Assembly: GCA_050050315.1 (NCBI GenBank)
Contig: JASFUL010000001.1
Location: forward strand, 1 to 48,078
Reading direction: 5' to 3'
DNA length: 48,078 nucleotides
Origin: Gemmatimonadota bacterium
Lineage (GTDB): Bacteria > Gemmatimonadota > Gemmatimonadetes > Longimicrobiales > Gaopeijiaceae
The notes under the pieces were generated by a model. The model made no database searches and was not told the DNA's origin. It saw nothing but the letters and a program-made list of their open reading frames with translations. A program made the translations under genes and the position numbers. This document shows, piece by piece, positions 44,941 through 48,078 of the stretch (position 1 is its first letter; every line of letters starts with the position of its first letter).

Positions 44941-45641
44941 TGGACCGGAGGAAGTTCCTGGCCCTCGGCGGCATGTCCTTTTCGGCCTTCCTGGCCGGGT
45001 GTGACTCCCGCGGTCCCCGCGCCGCTCGTCCGCTGCTCGACTTCGCCCAGCGCCAGAACGAGAAGATCGAGCGGATCCTGACGCGCCACACGGCCATCGA
45101 CGTGGCCGAGGACTACCCCCTGGCCGGACGCGCGCTGCCCGCCTACTACGTGTCGCGCAGCGTACCCGTCTGGGACGAGGCGCAACGGGGTCGCTGGCGC
45201 CTCGAGGTGACGGGGCTGGTGGATCGACCGCTCCGACTCTCCCTCGACGAGCTCCAGCGGCTCCCGTCGGTGACCCAGCGGGTGAACCACTACTGCGTCG
45301 AGGGGTGGATGGCCGTCACCGAGTGGACGGGGGTCCGCCTCCGCGAGCTGGCCGACGCCGCCGGCGTGAGGTCGGACGCCGCGTTCGTGGACTTCGAGTC
45401 GTTCGACTCGGGCTACCACGAGAGCTGGGACCTGGAGAGCGCCCTCCACCCCCAGACGCTGGTCGCCTACGGGTGGGAGGGAAACCTCCTCGGGGCGATG
45501 CACGGGGCGCCCGCGCGGCTGCACTCGCCCGCGAAGCTCGGCTACAAGAACGTGAAGTACCTGACCCGGGTGGTGTTCATGCCCGCGGCCAACGGCGGCT
45601 ACTGGAGCGACCAGGGCTACGAGTGGTACGGCGGAACGTGA
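44937..45641 (+). CDS. Molybdopterin-dependent oxidoreductase (sulfite-oxidase fold, YedY/MsrP-like), TAT-exported lipoprotein
   Basis: The ATG overlaps the cyt b stop (ATGA). It has a twin-arginine motif (DRRKFL) plus the lipobox LAGC. Oxidored_molyb motifs are present (QRVNHYCVEGW, HGAPARLHSPAKLGYKNVKYL). Confidence 0.85.
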   Translation: MMDRRKFLALGGMSFSAFLAGCDSRGPRAARPLLDFAQRQNEKIERILTRHTAIDVAEDYPLAGRALPAYYVSRSVPVWDEAQRGRWRLEVTGLVDRPLRLSLDELQRLPSVTQRVNHYCVEGWMAVTEWTGVRLRELADAAGVRSDAAFVDFESFDSGYHESWDLESALHPQTLVAYGWEGNLLGAMHGAPARLHSPAKLGYKNVKYLTRVVFMPAANGGYWSDQGYEWYGGT

Positions 45642-45649
45642 GGCGCGCG

Positions 45650-48078
45650 ATGGATACGAGGGTCCGGATGTCGACGTTCGTCCTCCTGCTCCTGGCGGCG
45701 GTCGCCGCACCCGCCGGGGGCGGGGCGCAGTCCCCGGAATCCCCCGGCGCAGCGCACGTCGACCGGGCGCTCTCGGGGCTCCGGCTGCGGGGGATCGGTC
45801 CGGCCGTCATGGGCGGTCGCATCGCCGACATCGCCGTGAGCCCCGCGGACCCGAGCACGTGGTACGTCGCCGTGGGGTCGGGGAACCTCTGGAAGACGGT
45901 GAACGCCGGGATCACCTGGACGCCCGTCTTCGACGACCGGTCGTCGTACTCCCTCGGGACCGTCGCGGTGGATCCCTCCAACCCCGACGTCGTCTGGCTC
46001 GGGACGGGCGAGAACGTGAGCGGTCGTCACGTGGCGTGGGGGGACGGCGTGTACCGCAGCGGGGACGCGGGCCGGACGTGGCGGCGTGCGGGGCTGGAGC
46101 GGTCGGAGCACGTGGGGCGCATCCTCGTGGATCCTCGGGACGGAGACGTGGTCCTGGTGGCCGCCGAGGGTCCCCTCTGGTCCCCGGGCGGTCAGCGCGG
46201 CGTCTTCCGGACGACCGACGGGGGCGAGACCTGGGAGGCCGTGCTGGAGATCGACGAGGACACGGGCGTCACTGATCTCGAGCGTCACCCCACCGACCCG
46301 GACGTGCTCTACGCGGCGGCCTACCAGCGCCGGCGCCACGTGTGGGGCTTCCTGGCCGGGGGGCCGTCCTCGGGCATCTGGAAGTCCACGGACGGGGGCG
46401 CGACCTGGCGGCGAGTCGAGACCGGGCTGCCATCGGGCGACGTGGGGAAGATCGGGCTGGCGGTCACGCCGGCGGATCCCGACCGGGTGTACGCGACCGT
46501 CGAGGCGCAGCCTCCCGAGCGGGGCTTCTACCGTTCCGACGACCGGGGCGAGAGCTGGCGGAAGACGAGCTCGTACGTCTCGGGAGGGACCGGGCCCCAC
46601 TACTACCAGGAGATCGAAGCCTCCCCCGTCGCCGCCGACGTCGTCTACCAGATGGACGTCTTCATCCAGGTCACCCGCGACGGCGGGACCACCTTCGACT
46701 ACCTCGGCACGGGGAGCGAGGCCCACAGCGACAACCACGCCCTCTGGATCGACCCGGCCGACGGGCGCCACCTCCTGGCCGGGACGGACGGCGGCCTGTA
46801 CGAGTCGTTCGACGAGGGCTCCACCTGGCGGCACTTTCCCAACCTGCCGATCTCCCAATTCTACAAGCTCGCGCTGAGCAGCCGGTCGCCCTACTACGAC
46901 ATCCTCGGGGGGGCCCAGGACCTGGGTACCCTCGTCGGGCCCGTCCGCACGACGAACGTCGAAGGAGTCCGGAACCGCGACTGGACGGTGCCCATGGGTG
47001 CCGACGGGTACGGGGTCGCCATCGACCCGGAGGATCCCGACGTCCTCTATCTCGAGACCCAGGTGGGCAACCTCTTCCGGTACGACCGCCGGAGCGACGA
47101 GGCGCTGAGCATCCAGCCCCAGCCCGCTCCCGGCGATCCCGCCGAGCGCTGGAACTGGGACGCGCCGATCCTGGTGAGCCCCCACGACCCCCACCGGCTC
47201 TGGTTCGCCTCGCAGCGACTGTGGCGGAGCGACGACCGTGGGGACTCGTGGACCCCGGTGAGCGGCGACCTCACCCGGAACCGGAACCGCTACGAGCTGC
47301 CCTACATGGACCGCGTGCGGAGCGTCGACGCGCTCTTCGACCTCGGGGCCATGTCGCAGTACGCCACGCTCACGGCCATCTCCGAGTCGCCCGTCGCGGA
47401 GGGGGTGCTCTACGTGGGGAGCGACGACGGCCTGATCCAGGTGAGCGAGGACGGAGGCGCCGGGTGGCGTCGGGCCGCCGCGCTGCCGGACACCCCCGAG
47501 CTGGCGTTCGTGAACGACGTCGAGGCGTCGCTCCACGACGCCGGCACCGTGTTCGCCGTGGCCGACGCCCACAAGCTGGGCGACTACCGGCCCCTGGTGT
47601 TCGAGAGCGGCGACCGGGGGCGGACGTGGCGCTCGATCGCCGGCGACCTGCCCGGCGGGACGATCGTGTGGGCCGTGCAGCAGGACCACGTGGACCCCGA
47701 CCTCCTGTTCGCCGCCACCGAGTACGGCCTCTACTTCACGCCCGACCGGGGCGCGAGCTGGCACGAGCTCGGGGCCGGCGTGCCGACCATCGCGTTCCGC
47801 GACCTGAAGCTGCAGCGGCGGGACGGCGACCTGGTGGGCGCCAGCTTCGGCCGGGGGTTCTGGGTGCTGGACGACTACTCCCCGCTGCGGGAGATCGCCG
47901 CGAGCGCGCTGGAGGCCGACGCCACCCTGATGCCGATCCGGGACCCCTGGTGGTACGTGCCCAACATCCCCATGCAGGCCCGGGGCAAGCCGACCCTCGG
48001 CAGCGACGACTACACCGCCCCCAACCCGCCCTTCGGGGCCGTGATGACCTACTGGCTGCGGGACGTCCCGGAAACCCT
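45650..48078 (+). CDS. BNR/Asp-box, sortilin(VPS10)-like repeat protein, exported (3' end outside the window)
   Basis: This frame is absent from the track because it has no stop before the window end. My own translation gives MDTRVRMSTFVLLLLAAVAAPAGGGAQ.., IADIAVSPADPSTWYVAVGSGNLWKTVNAGITWTPVF, repeated S/T-x-D-x-G-x-T-W motifs (SGDAGRTW, TTDGGETW, STDGGATW, SDDRGESW, SEDGGAGW, SGDRGRTW), and GRGFWVLDD near the end. Confidence 0.8.
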   Translation, partial: MDTRVRMSTFVLLLLAAVAAPAGGGAQSPESPGAAHVDRALSGLRLRGIGPAVMGGRIADIAVSPADPSTWYVAVGSGNLWKTVNAGITWTPVFDDRSSYSLGTVAVDPSNPDVVWLGTGENVSGRHVAWGDGVYRSGDAGRTWRRAGLERSEHVGRILVDPRDGDVVLVAAEGPLWSPGGQRGVFRTTDGGETWEAVLEIDEDTGVTDLERHPTDPDVLYAAAYQRRRHVWGFLAGGPSSGIWKSTDGGATWRRVETGLPSGDVGKIGLAVTPADPDRVYATVEAQPPERGFYRSDDRGESWRKTSSYVSGGTGPHYYQEIEASPVAADVVYQMDVFIQVTRDGGTTFDYLGTGSEAHSDNHALWIDPADGRHLLAGTDGGLYESFDEGSTWRHFPNLPISQFYKLALSSRSPYYDILGGAQDLGTLVGPVRTTNVEGVRNRDWTVPMGADGYGVAIDPEDPDVLYLETQVGNLFRYDRRSDEALSIQPQPAPGDPAERWNWDAPILVSPHDPHRLWFASQRLWRSDDRGDSWTPVSGDLTRNRNRYELPYMDRVRSVDALFDLGAMSQYATLTAISESPVAEGVLYVGSDDGLIQVSEDGGAGWRRAAALPDTPELAFVNDVEASLHDAGTVFAVADAHKLGDYRPLVFESGDRGRTWRSIAGDLPGGTIVWAVQQDHVDPDLLFAATEYGLYFTPDRGASWHELGAGVPTIAFRDLKLQRRDGDLVGASFGRGFWVLDDYSPLREIAASALEADATLMPIRDPWWYVPNIPMQARGKPTLGSDDYTAPNPPFGAVMTYWLRDVPET

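Overview
This is a very GC-rich (by eye about 70% G+C) bacterial chromosomal window. I call about 43 protein-coding genes and recognise no rRNA, tRNA, CRISPR array, transposase or integrase. The GC content fills the six-frame track with long spurious ORFs. I chose frames from recognisable family motifs, Shine-Dalgarno placement and 4-nt start/stop overlaps.

Content from left to right:
- a marR-dinB pair;
- a CarboxypepD_reg-type TonB-dependent receptor;
- a crcB + DUF190 fluoride module;
- ptb-buk;
- a minus-strand block of about 13 kb (8651-21641). It appears to encode a complete ATP-dependent (class I) benzoyl-CoA dearomatisation and ring-opening pathway: BcrC/B/D/A-like subunits in bzdNOPQ order, a dienoyl-CoA hydratase-like crotonase, an SDR, an Oah/BamA-like hydrolase, a Had-like dehydrogenase, and a TetR regulator with a palindromic operator. 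It is preceded by an indolepyruvate/2-oxoacid:ferredoxin oxidoreductase whose alpha subunit is fused to a GltD-like NAD(P)H-flavin module;
- a divergent AmmeMemoRadiSam B + radical-SAM pair, translationally coupled to a second PflX-type radical SAM enzyme;
- two exported hydrolases;
- an orphan ADOP (MacB/FtsX-type) permease;
- a CBM9/DUF5916 - LytS - LytTR block;
- AraC, DUF1579 and a PD40-amidohydrolase;
- a RimB-like protease - RimK - AstE/AspA-like deacylase triad;
- DksA/TraR coupled to a family III CoA-transferase;
- a three-gene module of a methionine-rich small lipoprotein, a b-type cytochrome and a TAT-exported molybdopterin oxidoreductase.

The window ends inside a BNR/sortilin-like repeat protein. 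The flanking families (ADOP permease, PD40-amidohydrolase, BNR/sortilin, CarboxypepD_reg TBDR) suggest a Gemmatimonadota/Acidobacteriota-like host, but this is inference only.

Most worth a second look:
- the Met-rich lipoprotein / cytochrome b / Moco module;
- the BCR cluster with its fused electron-donor enzyme and no ferredoxin gene;
- the AmmeMemoRadiSam system that lacks its A component here but carries two radical SAM enzymes;
- the RimK triad.

All family assignments come from reading motifs by eye. No database search was run.
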